Shown: positions 50,943 through 61,006, numbered from the stretch's first letter. The stretch is 64,000 nt of DNA from a candidate division WOR-3 bacterium (GCA_965649205.1 CBFGJV010000001.1:64001-128000), one strand, 5' to 3'. Program-made: numbers and translations. The notes: generated from the letters alone by a model not told the origin.

Positions 50943-51544
50943 GGCTGATTCTGGCTACCAGGAATCCTGGCAAACTGAGTGAACTCAGGTCAATGCTGAG
51001 CGGGTCTGGTTGGGATATTCAGGACCTTGCTCAGGCTGGCGTGGAGGTAGATATAATTGAAGATGGAGCTACTTATGCGGAGAATGCTCGTAAAAAGGCA
51101 TTAGCTATTGCTGAGGTTTCAGGGCTTTGCACATTAGCAGACGATTCGGGATTGGAGATAGACGCACTGAATGGTATGCCGGGTGTGCATTCGTCGTCTT
51201 ACCTGGGTCCCGATGCCACATATGAAGAAAGATGTCAGGCAATCCTTAAGGAGATGCGTCATCTGCCTGAAAACCTGCGCTCGGCCAGGTTTCGCTGCGT
51301 AATGTGCCTTGTTGACCCGAAGCAAAGCGAGCATTACTTCGAAGGTATTTGTGAGGGAACTATTGCCTTCCAGGCCAGAGGTAAGGGTGGTTTTGGTTAC
51401 GACCCGATATTCATACCGGAGCATTTCTCGCAGACCTTCGCAGAATTGCCTGAACAGGTTAAAAACAGCATCAGCCATCGGGCGAAAGCTCTGAGACAGG
51501 TAATCCTGCATCTGACTGAAGCATACGGTCAAACTGGTCATTGA
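50939..51544 (+). CDS. rdgB: Non-canonical purine NTP pyrophosphatase (RdgB/HAM1)
   Basis: ATRNPGKL, ADDSGL, GFGYDPIF, KNSISHR. Confidence 0.96.
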   Translation: MRLILATRNPGKLSELRSMLSGSGWDIQDLAQAGVEVDIIEDGATYAENARKKALAIAEVSGLCTLADDSGLEIDALNGMPGVHSSSYLGPDATYEERCQAILKEMRHLPENLRSARFRCVMCLVDPKQSEHYFEGICEGTIAFQARGKGGFGYDPIFIPEHFSQTFAELPEQVKNSISHRAKALRQVILHLTEAYGQTGH

Positions 51545-51594
51545 CTAATTGTCAATTGCGTCTATATTAGGCTTAAGGGTGAAAAACTCGGTTT

Positions 51595-51669
51595 CGGGGA
51601 GTAGCGCAGCCTGGTTAGCGCACCACGCTTGGGACGTGGGGGTCGCTGGTTCGAATCCAGTCTCCCCGA
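51595..51669 (+). tRNA. tRNA-Pro(TGG)
   Basis: CGGGGAGTAGCGCAGCCTGG...CCACG-CTTGGGA-CGTGG...GGTTCGAATCC; promoter TTGACT-N16-TATATT at 51541. Confidence 0.95.
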
Positions 51670-51685
51670 TAGACAGTAGTAAACT

Positions 51686-51759
51686 GCGCCTGTAGCTCAG
51701 CTGGACAGAGCATCGGATTTCTAATCCGATGGCCGCAGGTTCGACTCCTGCCAGGCGCG
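51686..51759 (+). tRNA. tRNA-Arg(TCT)
   Basis: GCGCCTGTAGCTCAG...TCGGA-TTTCTAA-TCCGA...GGTTCGACTCC. Confidence 0.95.
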
Positions 51760-51814
51760 CTTCGTCCGAGGATGCAGAGAGACAGGAAAACTATTTAAGT
51801 AACGAAGCGGCTCT

Positions 51815-54800
51815 TCAGGACGAAGTAGTTTCGTAGATCCTGGGCGGATCCGTGAATACAAGGAACGTACGGACCTTCTTGCCGGGATATAGTCGTCGGC
51901 AGGCTTCGGCGTAGTGGCGAAGTTGGCCTTCTTGATACTGGCGAGCCAGAATAGAGATATCCTTCTTCTTCACCGTATAGGTCTTGTAATCGTAGATGCG
52001 CACCTCGTCTTCGGTGACAATCACACGGTCTATGCGGCCGGTCCAAACCGTACCGGAGTCCTCGCGGTACATAACCGGCAGCTCGGCCTCGGAATTCACC
52101 TGGGCCTTCACTATGTTCCAGACTAACTCGTTTGACTCCAGACCCTGAATCGTTGATAGAATGGAAGAGGACAGGGAGGAGTCGAGACCGCTCAGATGCA
52201 GGAGTCGCTGGATTTCGGCAGTGAGTTGTGGCTCTCCTGTCGTCAGTCTGCCCTTTGAGATGGCTTCCAGCACTTTGTGGACAATCTCGCCGGTTCCGAC
52301 TGCTTCCTCACCGAACTCCTTGAAGTCAACGGCGAGGTTACGGGTTACGGCTCGAAAAGATGGCGCGGGTTCAGATGAGAGCGGGCCGATGAAGGACTTC
52401 GGTTTCGTCTTTTTCTCCGGCTTCGGTGGCTCAACCGATGGGATATCCTGCGCGGTAAGGCAGTACACGCCGGGGATTCTCTCGGTGAGGCTGAATCCGT
52501 CATTGGTTTCGGCAAGTCCGAGATGTTCTTCGAGCCAAGACAAGACGGAAGCGTTGCTTTTGGAGTCGCGTTTGGAGTGGGATTTGGAATCGGGTTTGGG
52601 CTGCCAGATCCCGGTCAGAAACAGTGCGTCGGTTGCCCTTGTACAGGCAACGTAGAATACACGCTTTTCCTCTTCGGCTTCCTTTTCCCGAGATTCCTTC
52701 CAGAATCTGTTCGCATTGCGTCTTTGGCCATCTGCGATGTATGATGCCCAGGCTTCATTCGGTGCACGTTCCTCAATAAGCAGTGATTCCCTGTTCCTGT
52801 CTGACAGCGAGTTGTCGCATTCCATGTAGAAAACTACCGGGAACTGAAGGCCTTTAGCTTTGTGAACAGTCATTACTTGGACCGCCTTGCCGGTCTCGAC
52901 GCTGACATCGGCATGTTTCTCGTCAGGTGCGACTTCGAAGTACTCGGCAATACGCAGAGGATGCCGGCCTTCCAGCTCGAGTTGATCGACAATGCGGAGG
53001 AACTTGCGGATGTTTGCCACGCGCTGCTCTTCCCAGAGATAGAGACAAGCCCCGCGTTCAGTCAGAGCGTTTTCCATGATGGTAGAGAGACTCTCGCGGT
53101 TGACCCGGCTCAACCAGCAGTGCAATGTGTTAGCGATCGGGGCAACGTCCGAGCTTTTCTGAGCGTATCTCTGAAGCCGTTCCCACAGAGAGGAACCCGG
53201 TTCAGCGCTGGCGAGCAGAATGTTGCGTTCGGGCAGTAAGAAAAGCGGTCCCCGCAACAGCGCGTAGAGAGCGTTGTTGTCGGCCGGGTCAGCAAGGAAG
53301 GTAAGCAAGCTCTTGACGTGGCAGACCTCGGGTTCGGAATAGAAACCTTCGCCGCCGACCGCGACAAAGGGGATGCGGTGTCGGTTCAAAGCGTCAATGA
53401 GGAAGTGCAGATGCGTATTGGTGCGCACCAGAATAGCGATGTCTCCGTAGCCGCAGGCGCGGGGTATCTCCGGCAGTTCCGGCTCGGACTGCCGTTCGTA
53501 TATTGTGAGTGGCTCAGGACCAGCAACCAGACTCTTGATGCGGCGGCAGACCATCTCGGCTTCCAGGGGACGCCGCACGTCCATGTTTCCGTCGCTGCGG
53601 TCAAGCAATATCTCAACTCGACCCGGCTTATCGTTCTTGCGGCCGCGCTCGAACGGTTCATAGGGCGTACGCCAGGGTTCGGCAGCGCAACCGGTATCAT
53701 CAATCTTCCCGGTCGGACGCATCAGCCTGGAGAACAGCGTATTGGTGAAGTCCACGATTGCCTGCAGATTGCGATAGTTGTATTTGATTGTCCGCTTTTT
53801 CAGTCGTTCGCCGAGGTCACTGCTCAATCTCCTCTCCACTTCGGAGAAAACCTCGACTTTAGCGCCACGGAAAAGGTAAATAGACTGTTTCACGTCGCCG
53901 ACGATGAAAATGGTGGGCTCAATTCCCTTTTCAGCTTTTGCCCCGCGGCCGGCGCGCCATTCCTCGGTCAGTTTGTCAATAATGGCCCACTGCAGGTAAC
54001 TGGTGTCTTGGAACTCATCTACTAGCAGGTGGTCGGTTTCTTCGTCGAAGGCGCGGAGTATATTCTGCCATTGGTCGTCCTCGGAAATTATGCGCAAGGC
54101 GTGGTGCTCCATATCCTCAAAGTCCACGGTTCCGGTTTCGCGTTTGCGCTTCTCGTAAGCAGCCAGGAACTGACGCTGGAACAGGTCGAGGATGCGACCG
54201 AACCGGGCGTAGTCCTGGATTGACTTGAGTGTGTTGTGGTAGCGGTACATCTGCTCGTTCCATGCAATAAGTTTCTTGTCCTTGCCACGACGAATCGGGC
54301 CGCCGCTAGGGTTGCAGAAGGTAAGGCGATTCTTCTCCAGTTGGGCCAAGGCACTGTCAACCATGTCGGCTGACAGCTCTTTCGGGAAAAGACTGAAGTA
54401 GTCTGGGATTTTGTCGGGGCCGATCGGGCTGGCAAGCAGTTCTGCACGTAGAGCGTGGAAGTCGTCTTCTGCCGTCGGCTCGACGCGTGCACGTTCCACC
54501 GCAACGCGCTTCTTGTACAGGGCAGCAAACAGCTTGGTCAGGTCGTCCCACCCTTGCTTTTTCTCTGCGGTGATCAGGTCCATCAGGGTGCGATAGTCCT
54601 CGGTATCTGGTGAGGCCGCGATGCGCGCAAATGTCTCATACAGCGCCTGGTTCCACAGCTCAGCCGAGCCGGCCTCGTCGAGTGGTTCGAGTGCCGGGTC
54701 AAGCCCGACGTGAGGCGCGAACCGACGCAGGAGTCCGAGGCAGAAAGAATGAATGGTAGAGATGCGCAGTCGCAGGATATTCTCACGCACCTTGCGGTAC

Positions 54801-54997
54801 AGCTCAGCGTACTCGGGATTCTCACGAAGCCGTTTGAGTATCCGCTCTTTCATCTCGGCCGCGGCCTTTTCGGTAAAGGTGAGCGTAAGAATACGCTGGG
54901 GCTCGACGCCAGCCCTAAGCAATTCGATGTACCGCTTGCTCAGCTCTTCAGTCTTGCCCGAGCCGGCCGGGGCCGCGACGATGAGACTCTCTAACAT
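51815..54997 (-). CDS. addA: AddA-like UvrD helicase with C-terminal PD-(D/E)XK nuclease
   Basis: APAGSGKT, LVDEFQDTS, VGDVKQSIYLFRGA, MTVHKAKGLQF, YVACTRA; GRIDR...IYDYKT. Confidence 0.88.
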   Translation of the reverse strand: MLESLIVAAPAGSGKTEELSKRYIELLRAGVEPQRILTLTFTEKAAAEMKERILKRLRENPEYAELYRKVRENILRLRISTIHSFCLGLLRRFAPHVGLDPALEPLDEAGSAELWNQALYETFARIAASPDTEDYRTLMDLITAEKKQGWDDLTKLFAALYKKRVAVERARVEPTAEDDFHALRAELLASPIGPDKIPDYFSLFPKELSADMVDSALAQLEKNRLTFCNPSGGPIRRGKDKKLIAWNEQMYRYHNTLKSIQDYARFGRILDLFQRQFLAAYEKRKRETGTVDFEDMEHHALRIISEDDQWQNILRAFDEETDHLLVDEFQDTSYLQWAIIDKLTEEWRAGRGAKAEKGIEPTIFIVGDVKQSIYLFRGAKVEVFSEVERRLSSDLGERLKKRTIKYNYRNLQAIVDFTNTLFSRLMRPTGKIDDTGCAAEPWRTPYEPFERGRKNDKPGRVEILLDRSDGNMDVRRPLEAEMVCRRIKSLVAGPEPLTIYERQSEPELPEIPRACGYGDIAILVRTNTHLHFLIDALNRHRIPFVAVGGEGFYSEPEVCHVKSLLTFLADPADNNALYALLRGPLFLLPERNILLASAEPGSSLWERLQRYAQKSSDVAPIANTLHCWLSRVNRESLSTIMENALTERGACLYLWEEQRVANIRKFLRIVDQLELEGRHPLRIAEYFEVAPDEKHADVSVETGKAVQVMTVHKAKGLQFPVVFYMECDNSLSDRNRESLLIEERAPNEAWASYIADGQRRNANRFWKESREKEAEEEKRVFYVACTRATDALFLTGIWQPKPDSKSHSKRDSKSNASVLSWLEEHLGLAETNDGFSLTERIPGVYCLTAQDIPSVEPPKPEKKTKPKSFIGPLSSEPAPSFRAVTRNLAVDFKEFGEEAVGTGEIVHKVLEAISKGRLTTGEPQLTAEIQRLLHLSGLDSSLSSSILSTIQGLESNELVWNIVKAQVNSEAELPVMYREDSGTVWTGRIDRVIVTEDEVRIYDYKTYTVKKKDISILARQYQEGQLRHYAEACRRLYPGKKVRTFLVFTDPPRIYETTSS

Positions 54998-55000
54998 TTG

Positions 55001-57838
55001 CTAGTCCCTTTTTCTCTTCCGCACAGGCTTGCCGCAGAGAAACGCCTGGGGGCAATTCTTGCATCCCTCTTTTGTGTCAGCCGGTTGTGCCGAAAAGCTC
55101 CCAACCCGGATAAGATGGATGATTTCGATCGCATTGGCAAGCGCAGCCTTGATAAGCTCGTCAACTGAATCCCCTTTTTTTACCAGCCAGTTGACTTTGG
55201 CTTCGGTCGTGGAATAGATACCCATATTGGCAATTGTCTTGTCCTTGTGGTCGGCGAGCAGCAGGTGGCAGTAGATTGGGAGCTGGAGGTAGGTCTTTTT
55301 TTCGGTAACGCCTTTTGCATCCGGCAGCTTGGAAGTACCGGTCTTGTAGTCAAGTACCCGCAAACGTGCGCCGTCAGAGTCGTAACGATCGAGTCGGCCC
55401 TTGACCAGCGCTCGAGGTCCTGCCTCGCCGCACAGCGTTACTTCAACGCCTGCCGGTTCAAATCCTTCAGCACGCAATTCGGCCTCGCATTTGATAATAT
55501 CATCAATACTGTTCTCGAACAGGCGGCGGGTAACTTCGGTCCAGAACTGGTCGAGCTCGAACTCGCCGATGACCTTATTGAGACTGGTGAGAGTCCGTGA
55601 CCTAAGCTGGTCGAGCGATACCGGGCCATTCCCGTAGAGTTCGGCAAGGGCGCGGTGCACGACACGACCCCATTGCTGCGGTTCGAGACTCAGTTTTGGC
55701 AGCTCAACCGGTTCTAATCCGAGGATTTCGTAGACGTAGAAACGGTATGGGCAGGCCCGATATTTCTCAAGCTTGGTAACGCTCAAGTGCCGGTTTGGAC
55801 CGAACCTGGACTCAAGTATGGCAAGCACTTCCTTGTCCGCGCTGAAGTCAACCGGTTGGACGGTCTCGGACAAGCCTTTTCCTGATTCTGAACCTTCGTA
55901 GCGCTGTTCCTCTGCAGGCGAAAACAGCCCTGGGGCGGGTTTGGCCTGAACCGGTTCCTGTTCGATAAAAGGAGTGGGCAGGACAAGCTTTCCCTCCGCC
56001 CCTGAATGGTAGCTGAGCCAAGGAGCGGTCCGACTGCTATGGCACGTCCGTTCGAAATGGAACCTTTCGTGATCCAGATGCCAATCCATATCTGGCATTC
56101 CCAGTTCACGTCTGACAAAATCTGGTAGCAAGGGATCGACAGGATACCGCCCCGGCAGGCCGGATTCGGTCAATGTTGCCAAATACAAGTGATCGGGGTT
56201 CAATCCTAACGTTTCTGATAACGAGAGTATCAGCACGCCCTGCGGAGACAGGTCAGGCGTATGCGCGGAGACATTATTGAGCAGGTAGCTGAAGGCCTGA
56301 TAAAAACCTGTAAGGTCGGTTGGCTGCGGGCCGAAATCAGCCTCAAAAGCGACAAGGGAATCGAGAAGGTCGTAGAGCTGTCCCCGCGCTTTGAGCAGTT
56401 GATCTGAGACAGGTTCGGCAGGGTCTAGATTATCGCAAAAATCTGCTGCCCCGAGTAGTTTCTTGAACCGTAACGCATACTCCCCAAGCGTGCGAGCCCC
56501 GTCCATTATCGTCTGGCCTAGATTGATTGCCTGTTTTACGCGCCGCTCGAGGTCCTTGGCAAACGAGCTTGCCACTTCGCTTTTAAAGCCTTCTTCTGGC
56601 TCCAGTCGCTGGGCCAGGTGAGACCATGCGTCAGCACCCCGGATAATCCCGGCTTTGCGCGCAGCCTGGTTGAGTGCAACCGCGGCTGCATTTCGGCTTT
56701 TGTCATCGGTGTCCGAACTGAGCCGCAGAAGTCTCGGTAGAAACTCGGAGCTGAAAGCCGCAGTTGTCACAGTGCGCTCGTAGCCACTTTCCAGCGCAGC
56801 AAGAAGACTGAGCGCGGCAACCGCCGGCGGTGAGGCAGCAAGCTTCTGGTTTGGATAGACGGTGGCAGGAATGCCGTATTCACGGAATATACGGGAAACG
56901 AGAGGAGCATAGGCTTCCAGCGCGGGCAGCGCAACAATGGTGTCTGTAAGTTTAAGCTGGCCATCAAGGTTGCGTAGTTTTATATCTCGGGCAATGCCCG
57001 CAATTTCGTCTTCGGCCGAGTTAAAACGCAGAGGCGACAGTTGAGGTGGATTGGGCGAAGGTTCAAGTTGTACAACAGAGAAATCTTGGGATTTCAAGAA
57101 GTGGACGAAGTTCAGGCCTAGCCTGTAAGCAGCCTCGTCGCCGGGCCCAGCATAACACAAGGCGAACGTCTTCTGGGCCCGACTCAGAAGCGCAGCTATC
57201 AGTTCCTGCTCCAACCGAGTTGGTGCGACAAAGCTATCCAGTACAAGCAGCGGTATTTCCGGATAAGACGTAACCCAGCCTGTTGCCGAGGTCATAATGT
57301 CCTCGTCATCGGACCAGCCGCGCTTCTTCAGCGCCTCATCATACGCCTCGAGAATATCAAGTGCCTCCAAGGCGCGGGCCCGCGGTTTTTCGTAAGCATC
57401 GAGCAGTTTAGCAATGAGTTGTCGCGTCTTTCCAAGTTCACGAACGGCAGCAGCTCGTTTCAAGTCACGGATGAAGTTAGCTACGGCGCGGCAGTAGCCA
57501 AGTGGGGGGGAGGAACTGCCTGCGGCGCTGTTTTTCTGCCTGAATATCATCTGCACAAGCAGGGTGCTTAACTCGGGACTAAGCCGGCGGCTGCTGCCAA
57601 ACTCATTGTGTAAGTTGCGACTGAACTCTCCCAAGGTGAAGAAACGCGGCGGCAGAAAAGCCTCGGCGTTAACCTGATGGGCAAAACGCCATTGAACGTC
57701 GCGGAGCTTACGGGGGCTGGGGCAAAGATAAAATATATGGCGGAAATCCGGACCAGGTACGGCTCCTATTACCTCGCGTACCAGAAAATCAGCTGTGTCC
57801 GTACGGGAAAAGGGCGCCTGATACAGTCGGCGGGTCAA
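55001..57838 (-). CDS. addB: AddB-like subunit (degenerate helicase plus Fe-S nuclease domain)
   Basis: SVTKLEKYRACPYRF, GRLDR...LDYKTG, QLPIY, CKNCPQAFLC (four-Cys staple); co-oriented upstream of addA. Confidence 0.85.
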   Translation of the reverse strand: MTRRLYQAPFSRTDTADFLVREVIGAVPGPDFRHIFYLCPSPRKLRDVQWRFAHQVNAEAFLPPRFFTLGEFSRNLHNEFGSSRRLSPELSTLLVQMIFRQKNSAAGSSSPPLGYCRAVANFIRDLKRAAAVRELGKTRQLIAKLLDAYEKPRARALEALDILEAYDEALKKRGWSDDEDIMTSATGWVTSYPEIPLLVLDSFVAPTRLEQELIAALLSRAQKTFALCYAGPGDEAAYRLGLNFVHFLKSQDFSVVQLEPSPNPPQLSPLRFNSAEDEIAGIARDIKLRNLDGQLKLTDTIVALPALEAYAPLVSRIFREYGIPATVYPNQKLAASPPAVAALSLLAALESGYERTVTTAAFSSEFLPRLLRLSSDTDDKSRNAAAVALNQAARKAGIIRGADAWSHLAQRLEPEEGFKSEVASSFAKDLERRVKQAINLGQTIMDGARTLGEYALRFKKLLGAADFCDNLDPAEPVSDQLLKARGQLYDLLDSLVAFEADFGPQPTDLTGFYQAFSYLLNNVSAHTPDLSPQGVLILSLSETLGLNPDHLYLATLTESGLPGRYPVDPLLPDFVRRELGMPDMDWHLDHERFHFERTCHSSRTAPWLSYHSGAEGKLVLPTPFIEQEPVQAKPAPGLFSPAEEQRYEGSESGKGLSETVQPVDFSADKEVLAILESRFGPNRHLSVTKLEKYRACPYRFYVYEILGLEPVELPKLSLEPQQWGRVVHRALAELYGNGPVSLDQLRSRTLTSLNKVIGEFELDQFWTEVTRRLFENSIDDIIKCEAELRAEGFEPAGVEVTLCGEAGPRALVKGRLDRYDSDGARLRVLDYKTGTSKLPDAKGVTEKKTYLQLPIYCHLLLADHKDKTIANMGIYSTTEAKVNWLVKKGDSVDELIKAALANAIEIIHLIRVGSFSAQPADTKEGCKNCPQAFLCGKPVRKRKRD

Positions 57839-57872
57839 ATCAGTATCCTCCGATTCAAGCTCTCTGTATCGG

Positions 57873-57986
57873 CTACTGCTGTATGTTTTCTGCCACCGAT
57901 ACAGACTTACGGGCTTCTTTACGGCGCTTTCGCTTCAAAGCCCAGCGATGACGTTTACGCTTTATCTTACTTTTACTCCTTGCCAT
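57873..57986 (-). CDS. 37-aa basic protein, bS22/mS38-like candidate (below ORF-track cutoff)
   Basis: GAGGAG RBS then MARSKSKIKRKRHRWALKRKRRKEARKSVSVAENIQQ*; fills the gap in a co-oriented gene run. Confidence 0.7.
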   Translation of the reverse strand: MARSKSKIKRKRHRWALKRKRRKEARKSVSVAENIQQ

Positions 57987-58018
57987 CGTTTATCTTCTCC
58001 TCAGAATAACAACTCAGA

Positions 58019-58279
58019 TCAAGGTACGACCTTGTACACTATGTCCCTTTCGTGTACCCGTTCGTTTACCTTCAGTCCGGCCTCGCCGCCTTTGGGAAGC
58101 TTGCTGACTGCCTGATGTTCCACCTGCAGGGATTCTACAGTCTGAACGAAATCTGTATGCTCGCCCTTGATATGTATGGTGTCTCCCAGACACAGCTCTC
58201 CGTCTGTAGCTTTCACCACCGCTACGCCGATGCGGTGAAAACAGTGGGTTATGATTCCAACTTTTTGCTCTGGCATCAT
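58019..58279 (-). CDS. Small EF-Tu domain II-like / U32 C-terminal beta-barrel protein
   Basis: AGGAGG RBS; KVGIITHCFHRIGVAVV...GDTIHIKG..TDFVQTVESLQ...GLKV..RVHERDIVYK. Confidence 0.85.
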   Translation of the reverse strand: MMPEQKVGIITHCFHRIGVAVVKATDGELCLGDTIHIKGEHTDFVQTVESLQVEHQAVSKLPKGGEAGLKVNERVHERDIVYKVVP

Positions 58280-58285
58280 TACCTC

Positions 58286-59581
58286 CTAAGGATAAACCTT
58301 CTCCAACATCCGTGGAAACGGAATGGTTTCTCGTACATGACGAACACCGCAAAGCCAGGCAACTGTACGCTCAATTCCTAAACCAAAACCGGCGTGAGGA
58401 AAAGAGCCGTAGCGTCGGATGTCCAAATACCACTCGAACGCTTCTCGGGGCAGACGGTATTCCTCAAGTCTCCGCTCGAGTTCCTTGAGGTTGTCCTCTC
58501 TCTGGCCCCCGCCTATTATTTCGCCAAATCCCTCGGGCGCAATCATGTCCACGGCTAGAGCCAATCTGGGGTCGTCTGGATCGCGCTTCATATAGAACGC
58601 CTTGTTTGCGGCTGGGTAACGATGAATGAGTACCGGTCGATCAAAACACTGACCGATGATAGTTTCCTCGTCGCCGCCAAAGTCGTCTCCAAAAGTCACA
58701 TTCTTACCATGCTTCTGGAGCAATTGTACAGCTTCGGCATAAGTAATACGAGGAAAAGGTTTTTTTATGGCCTCCAGAACGGAAACGTTACGTTCCAGCA
58801 GTTCCAGCTCGGCTCGGCGAGATTGCAAAACTCGGTTCACCAGGTAACACACTAAATCTTCTGCAAGCTCCATGGCGCCGTCAAGATCGCAGAAAGCCAT
58901 TTCTGGCTCCAGCATCCAGAACTCAGTCAGATGGCGCCTGGTTTTCGATTTCTCGGCCCGAAAGGTGGGGCCGAAGCAATAGGTTCTGCCTACAGCCGCG
59001 GCCAGCGCCTCATTGTATAGCTGACCAGACTGGGTGAGGTAAACCTGCTCGCCGTAGTAGTCCACGGCGAAGAGGGTGGTAGTACCTTCGCACGCAGCCG
59101 GCGTCAATATGGGAGTATCCGCCAGAACAAAGCCATTTACTTCCATGAAATCACGACAGGCTTTGATAATCTCCGACCGTACACGCAGTATTGCAGCCTG
59201 GCGCGGAGACCGAATCCATAGGTGCCGATGTTTCAAGAGAAAATCAACGCCATGCTCCTTAGGGGTAATCGGATACGGCTCAGCGGCATGTAGCAACGTA
59301 AAGTCGGTGGCGGAGATTTCATAGCCACCGGGCGCCCGGTCATCGCGGCGCACCTTGCCTGTTACCAATACGGAGGACTCCTGAGGAATGGAGTCAGCAA
59401 GTTCAAATGCAGCGTCGGACACCTCGCCCTTTAGGAATACGCATTGGATTACGCCGGAACCGTCGCGCAGCAGTACAAAGCGAATCTTACCTGAAGAGCG
59501 TTTGTTGTACACCCAGCCCGGTAGCGTAACCGACATTCCTTCAAAGCTGCCGATGCTGGCAATGATCGGTCTTTGTTGCAC
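58286..59581 (-). CDS. asnS: Asparagine--tRNA ligase
   Basis: GWVYNKRSSGK, ACEGTTTLF, LTQSGQLY, FRAEKSKTRRHLTEFWM, GEIIGGGQRE, GFGLGIER. Confidence 0.95.
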   Translation of the reverse strand: MQQRPIIASIGSFEGMSVTLPGWVYNKRSSGKIRFVLLRDGSGVIQCVFLKGEVSDAAFELADSIPQESSVLVTGKVRRDDRAPGGYEISATDFTLLHAAEPYPITPKEHGVDFLLKHRHLWIRSPRQAAILRVRSEIIKACRDFMEVNGFVLADTPILTPAACEGTTTLFAVDYYGEQVYLTQSGQLYNEALAAAVGRTYCFGPTFRAEKSKTRRHLTEFWMLEPEMAFCDLDGAMELAEDLVCYLVNRVLQSRRAELELLERNVSVLEAIKKPFPRITYAEAVQLLQKHGKNVTFGDDFGGDEETIIGQCFDRPVLIHRYPAANKAFYMKRDPDDPRLALAVDMIAPEGFGEIIGGGQREDNLKELERRLEEYRLPREAFEWYLDIRRYGSFPHAGFGLGIERTVAWLCGVRHVRETIPFPRMLEKVYP

Positions 59582-59719
59582 TGCTGCATTCTATTTTGCG
59601 GCTTCCAAGTGTCAAGCGGGGCCCGGCGATGAGGCTTACCTTGCTTTCCCAACGTCAAATTTCCTTCGGATAGAAAAACCGGGCTGGAGGCTGGACAATG
59701 CTTTTTCGTGTGATAATCT

Positions 59720-60908
59720 TTGTTCATAACACATAATGATAGCAAGAAAAACTGCATACTGCTGGCAGCATGCGTTTTGCTACTGACCGGACGGTGTGCG
59801 ACTAAACCGGAAGGGCGCAATCTTCCCCCCACGGTCATAATAACCTCTGTTCCCTACGGAATCATACCCGCTGACAGCGTAGGTGTTGCTTGGGCAGGTT
59901 ATGACGGAGACGGCACCGTTGTCGGTTACTATTACAGTCTGGACAATCCCGTGCCCGATATGTGGACTACGGACACAATGGTAATGCTGCGCGGACTAAG
60001 TATGGGGCAGCATGAGTTTTTCGTTCAGGCAGTAGATGATGCCGGCAGTCGTTCGGCTACCGCTAGCTGCGCTTTCCGCATTGAATACGACAGTCTGGTG
60101 ATGCCCTTAGGCACAGATACAACCCTGGAAATCGCTACCTGGAACATTGAAAACTTTCCCAAGGCGGGCGATTCTACCGTAATTCGGGTAAGGTCGCTTA
60201 TGGCGAGACTTGACTTGGACATATATGCCATTCAGGAAATTGCCGACACACTAGCTTTTCTGCAACTGCTTTCCGGACTTCCTGGATACGCAGGACTGTA
60301 CTCGCGCGATGATTATGGTTCTTTCTATCAGAAGACAGGGGGTTGTTTACAGAACCGGGCTTATTACGATTTCTTCCGTGCGGCAGCTGTTCTGGAATGA
60401 CGATTCGGTCGTCCGGCCACCGTTAGAGCTAACTGTTCAAGCAACCAACAATGGGAAGATGTTTGACTTCCGGCTGATAGTGTTGCACCTCAAAGCGGGC
60501 AGCTCTGCTAGCGACCAGGCTAAGCGCAAGACAACCTGCCGTCTCTTAAAGAATTACATTGACCAGGCTCTTAGGCAGGGACCTGAGCTGGACTTTGTTG
60601 TCGCAGGAGATTGGAACGACCTATTGGAAGACCCCCCGCAGTGGAATATATTTCAGGACTTTCTCAACGATTCAGCAAATTACCGGTTTCTTACACTACC
60701 ACTGGCCGGGAATACGAGGAATGGCTCGTACATCTACACCGGACAGCTTATCGACCACATCATGATTACAGCCGATGCGCTGGAAGAGTATGCAGAAGGG
60801 TCGACCCAAACATTGCTACTGGACGACCAAGTCAGCCGCTATACAGTCGTGGTTTCAGACCATAGACCGGTACTGGCTGTTTTCCCGGTGTTTTCTAGAT
60901 ATAGATAA
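59720..60908 (+). pseudogene. Frameshifted exported endonuclease/exonuclease/phosphatase (EEP) family gene with N-terminal Ig-like domain
   Basis: ORF1 has ATWNIENF and IQEI; ORF2 has VLHLKA, AGDWND, IDHI, SDHRPV; removing one G from GGGGG at 60338-60342 joins them as QKTGVVY. Confidence 0.8.
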
Positions 60909-60920
60909 TCAGCAGAAGGA

Positions 60921-61006
60921 TGCCGAAGGTGGGAGTCGAACCCACAAGTCCATCGCTGGACGGTGGATTTTGAGTCCACTGCGTCTGCCAGTTCCGCCAC
61001 TTCGGC
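60921..61006 (-). tRNA. tRNA-Leu(CAA)
   Basis: Reverse strand GCCGAAGTGGCGGAACTGGCAGACGC...GTGGA-CTCAAAA-TCCAC, long variable arm; promoter TTGACT-N16-TAGAAT. Confidence 0.95.
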
